Source of the DNA: Acidobacteriota bacterium | Lineage (GTDB): Bacteria > Acidobacteriota > UBA890 > WLXD01 | NCBI GenBank assembly: GCA_963666215.2 | Contig: CAXWPL010000005.1 | Span: forward strand, 416,001-480,000 | Direction of reading: 5' to 3' | Length of the DNA stretch: 64,000 nucleotides | Shown: positions 9,755 to 20,343 of the stretch, one piece after another | How positions within the stretch are numbered: position 1 is the stretch's first letter | Layout: the number at the start of each line of letters is the position of its first letter | Notes under the pieces: generated by a model | Databases searched by the model: none | What the model was told of the DNA's origin: nothing | What the model saw: only the letters and a program-made list of their open reading frames with translations | Position numbers and translations under genes: made by a program

Positions 9755-10936
9755 TTACTGTCGCTCACTGTCTGAGCTCGAGATAGCCTCGACGGCGCGC
9801 ATCACGCGCAGAATGTTGCCGCCCGCGATGGCGCGCAGCTGGTCGTCGCTGTAGCCGCGGCGCGCCAGCTCAACGAACAGGTCGGGGAACTTCGAGACGT
9901 CCTCGAGGCCCTCGGGGACTTCCCCGATGCCATCGAAGTCCGAGCCGATGCCGACGTGCTCGGCGCCCATCACAGAGCACAAGTAGTCGATGTGATCGGC
10001 TACGTCGCCGAGCGTGGCGCGCGGTGCCGGATGGTCGGCGTCCCAGGCGGCAAGCTCGCTCTCACGCCGCTCGGCATCGTCGGGTCGCAATTCCATGAGG
10101 CGGGCCTGCCAGCCGGCGCGGCTGGCATGGTGCTCCATCACGCGGGCCGACACGAAGGTGGGAACAAACGTTGCCATCACGATGCCGCCGGTGTCGCGGA
10201 TCATCTTCAGCACGTCGTCGGGCACGTTGCGCGGGTAGTCGTTGAGCGCGGCGGCGCCTGAATGCGTGCAGGCGACGGGTGCCCTCGACGCCTCGATTGT
10301 CTGCCGCATGGTGTCGGCGGAAGAGTGCGACAGATCGATCATCATGCCGAGGTCGTTCATGCAGGCAACGACCTCGCGTCCGAAGTCGGTGAGGCCGCCG
10401 TGCACCGGATCGTGGTGGCAGCAGTCGGCCCAGTCGGTATGGACGGCGTGAAGCAGCGTCATGTACCGGGCGCCGGCCTGGTAGGCCAGTCGCAGAGCAC
10501 CGAGCGAGTTCTCGATGCCGTGGCCGCCTTCGACGGCAAACAACGACGCGATCTTGCCGTCGGCATTGGAGTGGATGCGTTCGATGTCATCGGCGCTGAA
10601 TGCGGGCTGCAGCGTATCCGGATAGGCTGCCACGAGCCGTCGAGCCACTTCGAGCTGCTCGAACATCACCCGCGACGCGCCCGGCCCCGCCAGCTCGAAC
10701 GGCACGTACGCAACCCAGAACTGCGCCCCCACGCCGCCGGCGCGCAGGCGCTCGAGGTCGGTGTGCATTGGCGGCTCGAGAGCGCTGGTGTCCTCGAAGT
10801 CGAAGCGACTCAGGTCGAAGCGGTTCAAGTCGTTGCCCGACCGTTCTCGCAGCTGGATCGGGGCGTCGTTGTGCCCCTCGATGAACGGAGACTCGGCCAG
10901 CAGTCGAAGAACACGTTGTCGAACGTCGTCACTCAT
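9755..10936 (-). CDS. Membrane dipeptidase (peptidase M19)
   Basis: EGHND, GGVGAQFW, EGGHGI, DLSH, THSGA, RNVPDD, GIGSDFDG. Confidence 0.92.
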   Translation of the reverse strand: MSDDVRQRVLRLLAESPFIEGHNDAPIQLRERSGNDLNRFDLSRFDFEDTSALEPPMHTDLERLRAGGVGAQFWVAYVPFELAGPGASRVMFEQLEVARRLVAAYPDTLQPAFSADDIERIHSNADGKIASLFAVEGGHGIENSLGALRLAYQAGARYMTLLHAVHTDWADCCHHDPVHGGLTDFGREVVACMNDLGMMIDLSHSSADTMRQTIEASRAPVACTHSGAAALNDYPRNVPDDVLKMIRDTGGIVMATFVPTFVSARVMEHHASRAGWQARLMELRPDDAERRESELAAWDADHPAPRATLGDVADHIDYLCSVMGAEHVGIGSDFDGIGEVPEGLEDVSKFPDLFVELARRGYSDDQLRAIAGGNILRVMRAVEAISSSDSERQ

Positions 10937-10941
10937 AGTTG

Positions 10942-12399
10942 TTAGCCTCCAGACCCTTCCAAACGTCGCCGCCGCATCTTGCCGCTGGCGTACAAGCCCA
11001 CGCCGACGACCGTCAGCGCCGCCACTATCCCGAAGACGGTGATGTAGAAGAACGTCGGGTCGGCGACGCTCTCACTCGGGGTGAGGGCGAACACCAGCGA
11101 CGCCGCGGTTACTACGAAGCCCGTACCGCCGGCGAAGTAAGCGCCATAGGGCGCGAACGGAGCGCGCTGTACACCTTCCACTGCGAGGTGTCGTTGCATC
11201 GCGAGCAGCGCGGCGAACATGTACAGGTACGGGATGAAATAGACGACGATCTCGAGGCTGATGAAAATACGATAGATCTGCTGCGCGGTGCCTCCCATGC
11301 TACCGAGGATGATCAATCCCGCCGTCGTGATACCGAGCGTGATCACCGATACGTGCGGGGTAGCGTATTTCGGGTGCAGGGTTCCGAAGGCGGCCGGAAG
11401 GTAGCGATCGAGCCCGGCGACGAACGGCACCCGCGCGCCGGTCGCCATCCAGGCGCTCACCGTTCCGAACGACGCAACACAGAGGCAAAGCGCAACCAGT
11501 GAGCCCAGCACGCCGCCCATCGTGGCGCCAACCAGCCTCGTTCCGGCAACCCGAGCCGTGTCGGGCAACCCGGTCAGGCCTGTAACCTGATCTGCCGGGA
11601 GCACCGTCAGAATCGTCCAGGAAATCAGGATGTACATGCAGAGCACCATCACACCGGCGATGGCGAGTGCGCGGGGGACGTTGCGCTTGGGGTCCTGCAC
11701 CTCTTCGCTCATCACCGATGCCGCCTCGAGTCCGGCGAACGCGTAAGCGATGGCGGCGAGCAGGATGACGTCGGGGAGGCCGCCGAAAGTCGGCGTGACG
11801 CTGCGCAGCGAGAATTCGGTCGCCGAGCCGTAGTTGACCCACGTGAGGAGGCCCAGCCCCACAACCATCAACCCGGGCACCCCCATGTTCAGATAACCGC
11901 TGGCGTTGTGGAGACGCTTGGCGACGTCGAGACCGAGGACGTTGACCACGACGACAATGGTGAGTCCCGCCAGCGACGCCGCCATCAGGTACCCGGGACT
12001 CTCGGCGAGATACGACCAGCGCGGGATAACGTACGCCGCGTTGCTGGCCGAGAAGATCAGCGCAGCCGGAAAGTAAACGACGAGGGTGGCCCAGTAGAAC
12101 CACGCCGTGATGAAGCCATGGAAGTCGCCGAAGGCGCGCTGCACCCATATATAGATACCGCCCTCGTCTGGGTGCCGGGAGGTGAGCTCGACCGTCGTGA
12201 ACGCCAGCGGAACGTAGAAGAGGAAGAAGCCGAGCACCCAGAGCACCAGCACGCTCGGACCGTTTTCGGTCGACAGCGCCACGATGCGCATCGAAGCAGC
12301 GCAGGCGATATAGAAGAGCAGCAGATCGCGGGGCCCCATGACCTTCTTGAGCTTGCTCTTCTCCGCGCGTGCCTGTGCAGCGATCGAGTGCTCGGTCAC
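10942..12399 (-). CDS. APC family amino acid permease
   Basis: ~12 TM helices; ELTSRHPDEGGIYIW, FAGLE, EEVQDPKRNVP, HPKYATP. Confidence 0.9.
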   Translation of the reverse strand: MTEHSIAAQARAEKSKLKKVMGPRDLLLFYIACAASMRIVALSTENGPSVLVLWVLGFFLFYVPLAFTTVELTSRHPDEGGIYIWVQRAFGDFHGFITAWFYWATLVVYFPAALIFSASNAAYVIPRWSYLAESPGYLMAASLAGLTIVVVVNVLGLDVAKRLHNASGYLNMGVPGLMVVGLGLLTWVNYGSATEFSLRSVTPTFGGLPDVILLAAIAYAFAGLEAASVMSEEVQDPKRNVPRALAIAGVMVLCMYILISWTILTVLPADQVTGLTGLPDTARVAGTRLVGATMGGVLGSLVALCLCVASFGTVSAWMATGARVPFVAGLDRYLPAAFGTLHPKYATPHVSVITLGITTAGLIILGSMGGTAQQIYRIFISLEIVVYFIPYLYMFAALLAMQRHLAVEGVQRAPFAPYGAYFAGGTGFVVTAASLVFALTPSESVADPTFFYITVFGIVAALTVVGVGLYASGKMRRRRLEGSGG

Positions 12400-12624
12400 C
12401 CCGCCCCCTCTTGTCCGCCTGTCCCGCCCGAGTCCCTGAACGGGCTACCCTCGACGTCAGCGTGTGCATCGTAGTGCACGCCGCCCATGCTTTCTGAAAG
12501 CCCCACCCTCGCAGCCTCGCCAATTCGAGGACACTTGCGATCGCCTGAGGAGCGCGTCGAAATCGTGAATCACGCCCTCATGCACCACTCAACCATTCCA
12601 GTCCCCACGTGCTCGATGGCTAGG

Positions 12625-12717
12625 TGTGTTTTCTAAGTAGGTTGTTCACATCGGGGCTCACTTCTGAGATCAATGGGGTTGTTCAAAAGACTCCACGACC
12701 TCAGAAGGAGCGCCCGA
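12625..12717 (+). mobile_element. Solo IS481 left end (93 bp)
   Basis: Identical to the first 93 bp of the IS481 copies at 14887 and 39361; preceded by target-like GCTAGG; stops at the A of the transposase ATG. Confidence 0.9.
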
Positions 12718-13439
12718 ACGACTTCGTGGTTCGCTCGAACGATCTTCACGAGATCCGCGCCTACGACCGCGCTATTCACCTGGCCAGGGGTGATGTCGTG
12801 TGCATTCTTCAAGACGACGACATCCCGCCGCCCGATGGCCGTTGGGTCGACGAGGCGCTGGCGTTGTTCGACGCTCATCCGGGGCTGGCGATCTTGGGAG
12901 GGTTTCAAGGACGGTTTTTCGGCGAAGGGAAGGTGCGATTCGGCAGCGACTACGCCTACTCGGACGCCGCCGATCGCATCCCTCATGTCGACCCGAAAAC
13001 GGGCATCCCGTTCAGCTTCGTCCACGGCGTGAACATCGGCCCAATCTTCATGAAACGCAACCTGTACTTCGAGCTCGGCGGGTTCGACTACGGTCTATCG
13101 GCCCCTGGAGAACCCGGCATCCACTCTGATTACGAGATTTGCCTCAGGGCATGGCTGCGCGGTTATCACGTCGGCCTGTATTCAGCGCCCTTCGAACGCC
13201 GAGCAGGTGTGCCCGGAACCCTTGTGTATGGGCTCGACGCCCGCGAGCGGAGGGCCGCCCGCAACGAGCAGCGCCTCGAGCAAATCTACTGGCACCACCT
13301 CCCTGACTATTCCGCGGAGATCGAGAAGCTCAACACGTTGCTCACCACCCTGCCGCACCCTTCGTCCGTGCCTGGCGACTTGGTGCTGGAGATCGAGCGA
13401 CGAAGATCGAACAGTCGGCCCCGCCCATCGGTGCCATAG
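12718..13439 (+). pseudogene. 5'-truncated GT2 glycosyltransferase
   Basis: ARGDVVCILQDDD (DxD), GGFD, DYEICLRAWLRG; the N-terminal nucleotide-binding strand is missing and replaced by the IS481 end. Confidence 0.75.
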
Positions 13440-13544
13440 CCGCTCGGCGCGGAAGGCGTACCCTCCCTGTCGCCCGGATCGCCGGTCGCAGGCGAAGCGC
13501 CAACTCGAGAACATCTGGGATCGCCCGAGGAGAGCGCCCATATC

Positions 13545-14885
13545 GTGAGCCATTCGCACCCGGCAAGCGCGCGGCACGAGGGGCTGGTGCGCGTGATCGG
13601 GCCCGGCGCGCTTGGCCTGAGCGTTGTGAACATGGTGGTCGGCGCGGGCATCTTCGTCCTGCCTGGCCGCATCGCCGCAGAGCTCGGGCCCGCCGCGATT
13701 GTCGCCTACGTCATCTGTTCGGTTGCCGTGGCGCTGGTTTTCCTGTGCTTTGCGGAGGTCGGCAGCCGCATCACCCGCAGCGGCGGTGCCTACGCTTACA
13801 TCGAAGAGGCGTTCGGACCGTTTGCCGGATTCATCGCGTCGGTGTTGTTTTGGTTCGGCTATTCGGCGCTGTCGGATGCCGCCATCACCGTCGCCATGGT
13901 CGAAGTCATGGCTATCGCGTTCCCCGTGCTCGGCGCGAGCATTCCCCGTGGCGTGTTCATCATCGCCCTCTTCACGTTCATGACGGTCGTGAACATCCGC
14001 GGGGTCACGTCAGGAGTACGGCTGTACGTCTTCAACACGCTCGCCAAGCTGATTCCTCTGCTGCTGTTGTTGATCGCCGGACTGTTCGTCATCAACCTGG
14101 AGAATCTCGCGATTCCGGAATGGCCTTCCGCACGCGACATTGGGGCAGGCGCCATCATGCTGTTCTTTGCCTTCAGCGGGGCGGAATGTGCGCTGAACGC
14201 CAGTGGAGAGATCAGAAAGCCATCGCGAACCGTGCCGCTGGGGCTAGCGATGGGAATTGGCGGTCTTCTGATCCTCTACATCGGGCTGCAAACGGTGGCG
14301 CAGGGCGTGCTCGGGCCCGAGCTCGCGAACCAGACCGAGGCGCCGCTGGCGGCTGCTGCGGTCGAAGTGTTCGGCGGCTGGGGAGGCAGGATGCTGCTCG
14401 CCGGCGTTGTGATCTCGATTTATGGCGCGGTCAGCGGAGACATGCTGGGCGCCCCGAGGGTGATCTTCGCATCGGCGCTCGACGACAACCTGCCGAGGTT
14501 CCTGTCGAAGGTGCACCCGAAGTACAAGACGCCGCATGTGGCGGTGATCTTCTTCGCGGCCGTGGTATGCGCCTTCGCGCTGAGCGGCACGTTCCGCTAC
14601 CTGGCCGTGTTCGCAACCGGGTCGCTGCTGCTCATCGACCTCGGCGTCGTGCTCGCCGTGTTGCGCCTGCGCCGCCGTGACGGCCCGCCCGGAGCCGGAG
14701 AGTTCCGACTGCCATTCGGGCCCCTCATTCCGTTGCTGAGCTGCCTGATCGTCGGCTGGCTGCTCCTGCAAGTGCCCGCCAACGAGGCCATGAGCATCGC
14801 CGGGCTTGTCGGCGCCTCCGCGGTTGTTTACGCCATCCGATCTGGGGTTCGTGCGTCACGGAGCGGCAGCAAGCCGGCTGCCTAG
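13545..14885 (+). CDS. APC family amino acid permease
   Basis: VGAGIFVLP, SGGAYAYIEEAFG, FAFSGAE, GEIRKP, HPKYKTP; its TAG stop lies within the IS481 target site. Confidence 0.92.
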   Translation: MSHSHPASARHEGLVRVIGPGALGLSVVNMVVGAGIFVLPGRIAAELGPAAIVAYVICSVAVALVFLCFAEVGSRITRSGGAYAYIEEAFGPFAGFIASVLFWFGYSALSDAAITVAMVEVMAIAFPVLGASIPRGVFIIALFTFMTVVNIRGVTSGVRLYVFNTLAKLIPLLLLLIAGLFVINLENLAIPEWPSARDIGAGAIMLFFAFSGAECALNASGEIRKPSRTVPLGLAMGIGGLLILYIGLQTVAQGVLGPELANQTEAPLAAAAVEVFGGWGGRMLLAGVVISIYGAVSGDMLGAPRVIFASALDDNLPRFLSKVHPKYKTPHVAVIFFAAVVCAFALSGTFRYLAVFATGSLLLIDLGVVLAVLRLRRRDGPPGAGEFRLPFGPLIPLLSCLIVGWLLLQVPANEAMSIAGLVGASAVVYAIRSGVRASRSGSKPAA

Positions 14886-14886
14886 C

Positions 14887-15929
14887 TGTGTTTTCTAAGT
14901 AGGTTGTTCACATCGGGGCTCACTTCTGAGATCAATGGGGTTGTTCAAAAGACTCCACGACCTCAGAAGGAGCGCCCGATGCAGCTGCATGGTAACGCCC
15001 GCACGACGCCGTATATACGCCGAGAGATGGTCCGCCGAGTCCGGGAGCGGGCGGAGCCCGTGACGGAAACGGCGGCGGCGCTCGGCGTGTCGGCTCGAAC
15101 GGTTTACAAGTGGCTGGATAGATACGAGCGAGAAGGTGAGGCCGGGCTGCTCGATCGATCAAGCCGGCCGACGTGCTGTCCGCACGCAACAAGCGCTGGA
15201 GTTGTGAGGCAGATCGACAAGCTACGTCGGCGGCGACTGACGGCCTGGCAGATCAGCCGAAGGTTGGCTGTGCCGCGCTCGACCGTCTCGGCGTGGCTGA
15301 AGCGGCTCGGACTCGCCAAGCTTGATGCGCTCGAGCCCAAGCCCGAGATCGTTCGCTACGAGTACGAGCACCCCGGTGACCTACTGCACCTGGATACGAA
15401 GAAACTGGCCCGTATCCGGCGACCTGGACACCGCATCCACGGCGACCGCTCCAAGCGGGCCTACGGCGTCGGCTGGGAGAACGCCCACGTCGCTATCGAC
15501 GATCACTCTCGGGTGGCGTACGTCGAAGTGCTGCCCGCCGAAGACCAACACACCTGCACAGCGTTCCTGCAGCGAGCCGTCGAGCACTTCGCTTCGATGG
15601 GAGTAGCGGTGCGCCGAGTGATGACAGACAACGGGCCTGGCTACGTCTCGAAGCGCTTCAATCGCCTATGCCATCAACTCGAGATCCGGCACATTTACAC
15701 CCGGCCCTACACCCCCAGAACCAACGGCAAAGCCGAACGCTTCATCCGCACACTCAAGGAGCAGTGGGCCTACGGCACCTGCTACCAGACCTCAGCTCGA
15801 CGTACTCGAGCTCTACGGCCCTGGCTCAACCACTACAATCGTCACCGTCCCCACGCCGGCATCGGCATGACACCGCCGATCGCTCGGCTCTCAGGGGTGA
15901 GTTCGTGAACAACCTACCTAGAACTCACA
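14887..15929 (+). mobile_element. IS481-family element, complete (1043 bp)
   Basis: TIRs TGTGTTTTCTAAGTAGGTTGTTCAC / GTGAACAACCTACCTAGAACTCACA (22/25); CCTAGC target duplication at 14881-14886 and 15930-15935. Confidence 0.95.
14979..15908 (+). CDS. IS481 transposase
   Basis: MQLHGNARTTP; LHLDTKK, IDDHSR, TDNG, TNGKAERF (DDE); GAAGGAG RBS. Confidence 0.95.
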   Translation: MQLHGNARTTPYIRREMVRRVRERAEPVTETAAALGVSARTVYKWLDRYEREGEAGLLDRSSRPTCCPHATSAGVVRQIDKLRRRRLTAWQISRRLAVPRSTVSAWLKRLGLAKLDALEPKPEIVRYEYEHPGDLLHLDTKKLARIRRPGHRIHGDRSKRAYGVGWENAHVAIDDHSRVAYVEVLPAEDQHTCTAFLQRAVEHFASMGVAVRRVMTDNGPGYVSKRFNRLCHQLEIRHIYTRPYTPRTNGKAERFIRTLKEQWAYGTCYQTSARRTRALRPWLNHYNRHRPHAGIGMTPPIARLSGVSS

Positions 15930-15977
15930 CCTAGCCGCCGAGACTGTCTGCGAGCGCGATGAGCCGGTCGCTCGCGG

Positions 15978-16955
15978 TCAGGAGTCGATAGCCCTCCCGA
16001 AGCCTTTCCCCTTGGCGGCGGCCAGTGTGGCGCTCGCGATGGCGGCGTCTTGGGCCCCCACGCCGGTCAGATCGGCGATCGTGATCTGCTCGTCGGTCTC
16101 GCGGCCAGGCGCCTCGCCCGCCACGATAGATCCGAGCTCAACGCACGCATCGGCGCGAAGCCGGCCAGCGTCGACGGCGTGGTGAATCTCGCCGAGCTCG
16201 ACGCACTGGGCCAAGCGATCCGCCACCACGAGATCGGCGCGATGCAACAGCTCGACGTCAAGCTCCTGCTTGTCCGGCCCATCGGACCCGACTGCGGTGA
16301 TGTGCGTACCGGGCTCGATCCACTCGGCGCGTACCAAGGGCTCGCGGGCGACGGTTACCGTGAGCACCACATTTGCTCCCTGAAGCGCGTCCTCGATCCG
16401 CTCCACCGCTTCCACGGGGACGCCGAGCTCGGCGGTCATCTCGGCGGCGCACTGCCGGGCTCGTTCCGGGTGCCTGTTCCAGATGGACACGCCAGGGATG
16501 GTGCGTACCTGGGCCAGCCCGCGGAGCTGCATTCGCGCCTGCATGCCGGCGCCGATCACGGCAACTCGGCGAACCTCTTTCGGTGCCAGATACCGCGCCA
16601 CGACGCCCCCCGCGCCTCCGGTTCGCAGGTCGCTGAGGTAGCCATTGTCCAGCAGCAAGCCGGCAACCTGGCCGTTGTTCGCATCGAAGACGAGCACCAC
16701 ACCGTTGGCCATGGGCAACCCGATTTGCGGATTGCGGTAGAACCCGCTCACGAGCTTGAACGCGAAGTGCTCGGCGCCGTGAATATGCGCTCCCTTCACA
16801 TGGATCTCGGCGTCGACAGCAGGGATCTCGAGGCCGATCGGCGGCGGCTGTGTGACCGCACCGCGCCCCAGCGCCTCGAACGCACTCTCAACAGCATCAA
16901 CGGTGACCGCCATGTCGACGCTGTCGCGAATCTCCTGTTCCGTTAGCAGAAACAT
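15978..16955 (-). CDS. Ornithine cyclodeaminase / mu-crystallin family protein
   Basis: LRTGGAG, IGAGMQA, AVGSD, ADLTGVGAQD. Confidence 0.9.
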   Translation of the reverse strand: MFLLTEQEIRDSVDMAVTVDAVESAFEALGRGAVTQPPPIGLEIPAVDAEIHVKGAHIHGAEHFAFKLVSGFYRNPQIGLPMANGVVLVFDANNGQVAGLLLDNGYLSDLRTGGAGGVVARYLAPKEVRRVAVIGAGMQARMQLRGLAQVRTIPGVSIWNRHPERARQCAAEMTAELGVPVEAVERIEDALQGANVVLTVTVAREPLVRAEWIEPGTHITAVGSDGPDKQELDVELLHRADLVVADRLAQCVELGEIHHAVDAGRLRADACVELGSIVAGEAPGRETDEQITIADLTGVGAQDAAIASATLAAAKGKGFGRAIDS

Positions 16956-17094
16956 GGTCACGGAATATGGCTCCTTGGGTACCACCGCGTTCTCAGTTTG
17001 GGTGAGGGCTCCCATCCTAGCGGGAAACAACGGCGAAAGTTGAAGCGCCTCCGTACCAGGCCAGCACCGTCATGAAATGCCCTGCCGCGCGAGC

Positions 17095-20000
17095 TCAGCG
17101 GCGCGAATACGGCAGCTCGTAGCGCAGCACCGGCAGGTCGACGCTTTCCATCAAACGGTTCAATGGTACGAGCTGATCTTCCAAGATGATGTCGAGGCGC
17201 GTCTGCAGATCGTCGAGCTCGGCCGCCAGCTCATCGAAAACCCGCTGGTAGGCCTCGGTCGGCCGCGCGTCTCCCCGCTGGAGCGCGTTCAACAGGCCGC
17301 TGAGCCGGTTGTTGAGGCGAATCGGAAAGGCCAGGCGGTCGCGGGATACGACCATCAGGGGTTGATAGATGGTGTCCTTGATCGCGACGAGATCGGGAGT
17401 CAATTGGCCCGCGGCCGCGGCAATTTGGCCGGCAACGTCGGGCCCGACATCGGCCTCTGCGAGCTGCTGCTCGGTGCCCGCCATCTGCGCCTCGAGGTCG
17501 CGGATCATCAGAACCATCTCGTTGGCGATTGTCGTTTCGTCGCGGATTCGAAGCGCGAGCTCGAACCGGGCCCGCAGGTCGGCAGCCGTGACCTCGTGGT
17601 GACGCGGGTCGATGAGTATCTCGAAACGCCGCGTGAACGTCCGGCCGTCGATGTTCACCCAAGCCTCGTACTCGCCGGGCGGCGCCAGCGGCCCACGCGG
17701 CCGACCGCCTTCCAGGACGATCCCATTCCAAACCGTCGGCGGCTCGTAGCGCCCGCCCCAGGTGACCCGGTTCATCCCTGACTCGGAGGGGCCTTCGACG
17801 AACGCCCGGGCGCGGCGCCCGTTGGTGTCGAAGATCTCGACCGTCACCTCGCGGGCCGGGCGCCCCAGGTAGTAGTCGATGCGCACCGGCGTTACGGACG
17901 TGACCTCGTCGGCGGGGTCGAACACGTGCGCATCCGAGCTCTCGACTTCGGGTGTTAGCTGGCGCAGCACCGAGATGTTGTCGAGCACCCAGAAGGAACG
18001 GCCGTGGGTGGCCGCTACCAGGTCGTTGCCGTTGATCTCCAGGTCGGAAACCTGGACGTCCGGCAGGTTGAGCCCCAGCGGTTGCCACGCCGCGCCGTCG
18101 TCGAACGAAACATGGACGCCGTGCTCGGTGCCACAGAACAGCAGGCCGCGGCGGGAGGGATCTGCGCGGATGACGTGGGTGAAATCGTCAGCGGCGATGC
18201 CGTCGTCGATGCGTACCCAGGTGGCGCCGTAGTCGTTGCTCTTCCACAGATAGGGCCGTCGGTCGGCCATTTCATACCGCTTACCTGCCACATATGCCGT
18301 GGCGGGATCATGTGGAGAAGCATCGATCGCGCTGACGCGCGTGTCCTTGGGCATGTCGGGCGGCGTGACGTTGCTCCACGAATCGCCGCCATTGCGGGTG
18401 ACGTGCACCAACCCGTCGTCCGATCCCACCCAAACGGTGTCGGCGTCGAGGCGCGACGGCGCGATTGCGAACACCGTGCCGTAGACCTCCGGGCCGTCCT
18501 GGTCGGTGCGAATCGGCCCACCGGTTTCCTGCAGTGTCTGGGGATCGGCGTAGGTGAGATCGGGGCTGATCTTCGCCCAGCTCTCGCCGAAGTCTTCGCT
18601 GCGCCAGAGGTGCTGCGAGCCAACGTAGAGCGCGTGTGGCGGTACGGGAGAAAACGTCAGCGGGACCAGCCAGTTCCAGCGCTCGCGATGCTCCGCGGCC
18701 GGGGATCCCATCTCCATCCGTGGATATGGACCGAACAGAACGGTCTGACCGGTGCGGCGGTCGAACTTGGTGACCACGTACTGCATGCTGGAGAAGAAGA
18801 TGTCCGGATCGGTGGGATGGGGCGCAATGTCGCTGTTTTCGCCGCCGCCGACGGCATACATGGCGGGCACCGGGCCCAGCGAAAACCCCGTACGCGGCGC
18901 CGAGCCCCGCGACGGAACGGCGATGGTGGAATTGTCCTGCTGAGCGCCCGTCACGTGGTAGGGAAAGTCGGTGGTGGTCGCGACCCGGTAGATCTGCGCC
19001 GTCGGCACATTCTGGCTCGACCAGCTTTGCCCACCGTTCGTCGTGATCGTCGGGCCGCCGTCGTTGCCGATGATCATGCGGTCGGGATCACCAGGGTCGA
19101 TCCAGATGTCGTGTTGATCCGAGTGTGCCGTGCGGATTCCCTGATAGGTGGCACCGCTGTCGGTCGAGCTCCACAGGCCCGCCGACAGAACGAACAGCGC
19201 GTCGCGCTCGCGAGGATGGGCACCGAGCCGCATGAAATAGAAGGGCCGCTGCCAGATCTCCCGATTCCCTGCGGCGTGGGTCCACGTGGAGCCGCCGTCG
19301 TTCGATCGATACAGCCCGCCGTGCTCGTGCTCGATCAGCAGGTAGAGGCGACCGGAATCGGCGGGCGACACGGTAACGCCCATCTTGCCGAGCGGACCCA
19401 AGGCCGGAAGCCCCGGATTGCGCGTCAGCTCCGACCAGGTGGCGCCGCCGTCGGTCGTTTTGTACAGCGCCGAGTCGGGGCCGCCGCTCCATAGCCGATA
19501 GGGACGCCGATAGACCTGCCACATCGTCGCGTACAGCGTTTCTGGATCGTTCGGATCCATCGCCAGGTCAATCGCGCCCGCCTTTTCGCTCTTGAAAAGG
19601 ACGCGGATCCAGGTGCGCCCCCCGTCCGACGTCTTGTAGACGCCGCGTTCGGGCGTGTCTCTGTAGGGATCGCCCAGAACGGCAGCGAAGACGGTGTCGG
19701 GGTCGTCAGGATGGATCCGAATACGCGGGATGACCCGGCTGTGGCGAAGCCCGGCGTGCGACCAGGTAATTCCGCCGTCGGTCGATTTGTAGATGCCATC
19801 GCCCTGCATCACGTTGCCTCGTAGCTGGCCCTCTCCCGTCCCCATCCAAACGACGTCGGGGTCGGATTCGGCGACGGCGACAGAGCCCACCGAGGAGCTA
19901 CCGATCTGGCCATCGGTCACCGGCGCCCAGGTGATGCCGCCGTCGGTGGTCTTCCAAAGTCCGCCCCCGGTGGCGCCGAAGTAATACTCGAGAGGACGCC

Positions 20001-20232
20001 CTGGATGGCCGGCGACCGCGATCGAGCGGCCGCCGCGATCGGGGCCGATGTTGCGCCAGCGGAGCCCGGAGAAGAGCTCCGCGCCAGGAGAGAACGTGGA
20101 CTCCTGAACGACGTTCAAAGCCTCCGGCAGCGGCGCCATCGTGACGAGTGCCCCTGCCGCTGGCATCAGCACGAGGACCGCCAATGCACTCCAACTCGGC
20201 ACGAGATCTAGGTTGGTCAAACCTGCACCCAT
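17095..20232 (-). CDS. Secreted VPS10/BNR-repeat glycosyl hydrolase-like protein
   Basis: WRNIGPDRGGRS; repeated TDGGxTW Asp-boxes; ATHGRSFW; C-terminal helical region. Confidence 0.88.
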   Translation of the reverse strand: MGAGLTNLDLVPSWSALAVLVLMPAAGALVTMAPLPEALNVVQESTFSPGAELFSGLRWRNIGPDRGGRSIAVAGHPGRPLEYYFGATGGGLWKTTDGGITWAPVTDGQIGSSSVGSVAVAESDPDVVWMGTGEGQLRGNVMQGDGIYKSTDGGITWSHAGLRHSRVIPRIRIHPDDPDTVFAAVLGDPYRDTPERGVYKTSDGGRTWIRVLFKSEKAGAIDLAMDPNDPETLYATMWQVYRRPYRLWSGGPDSALYKTTDGGATWSELTRNPGLPALGPLGKMGVTVSPADSGRLYLLIEHEHGGLYRSNDGGSTWTHAAGNREIWQRPFYFMRLGAHPRERDALFVLSAGLWSSTDSGATYQGIRTAHSDQHDIWIDPGDPDRMIIGNDGGPTITTNGGQSWSSQNVPTAQIYRVATTTDFPYHVTGAQQDNSTIAVPSRGSAPRTGFSLGPVPAMYAVGGGENSDIAPHPTDPDIFFSSMQYVVTKFDRRTGQTVLFGPYPRMEMGSPAAEHRERWNWLVPLTFSPVPPHALYVGSQHLWRSEDFGESWAKISPDLTYADPQTLQETGGPIRTDQDGPEVYGTVFAIAPSRLDADTVWVGSDDGLVHVTRNGGDSWSNVTPPDMPKDTRVSAIDASPHDPATAYVAGKRYEMADRRPYLWKSNDYGATWVRIDDGIAADDFTHVIRADPSRRGLLFCGTEHGVHVSFDDGAAWQPLGLNLPDVQVSDLEINGNDLVAATHGRSFWVLDNISVLRQLTPEVESSDAHVFDPADEVTSVTPVRIDYYLGRPAREVTVEIFDTNGRRARAFVEGPSESGMNRVTWGGRYEPPTVWNGIVLEGGRPRGPLAPPGEYEAWVNIDGRTFTRRFEILIDPRHHEVTAADLRARFELALRIRDETTIANEMVLMIRDLEAQMAGTEQQLAEADVGPDVAGQIAAAAGQLTPDLVAIKDTIYQPLMVVSRDRLAFPIRLNNRLSGLLNALQRGDARPTEAYQRVFDELAAELDDLQTRLDIILEDQLVPLNRLMESVDLPVLRYELPYSRR

Positions 20233-20343
20233 TCACCCCGCAACACGCCGACCGGACGTTCGGCGCTGGTTACGAATCTGCGTTTCGTCTGGCCGCCCAT
20301 TCAAGCACAGGCGGCGAGCGCATCGTCCAACCTTCGTTATGCG

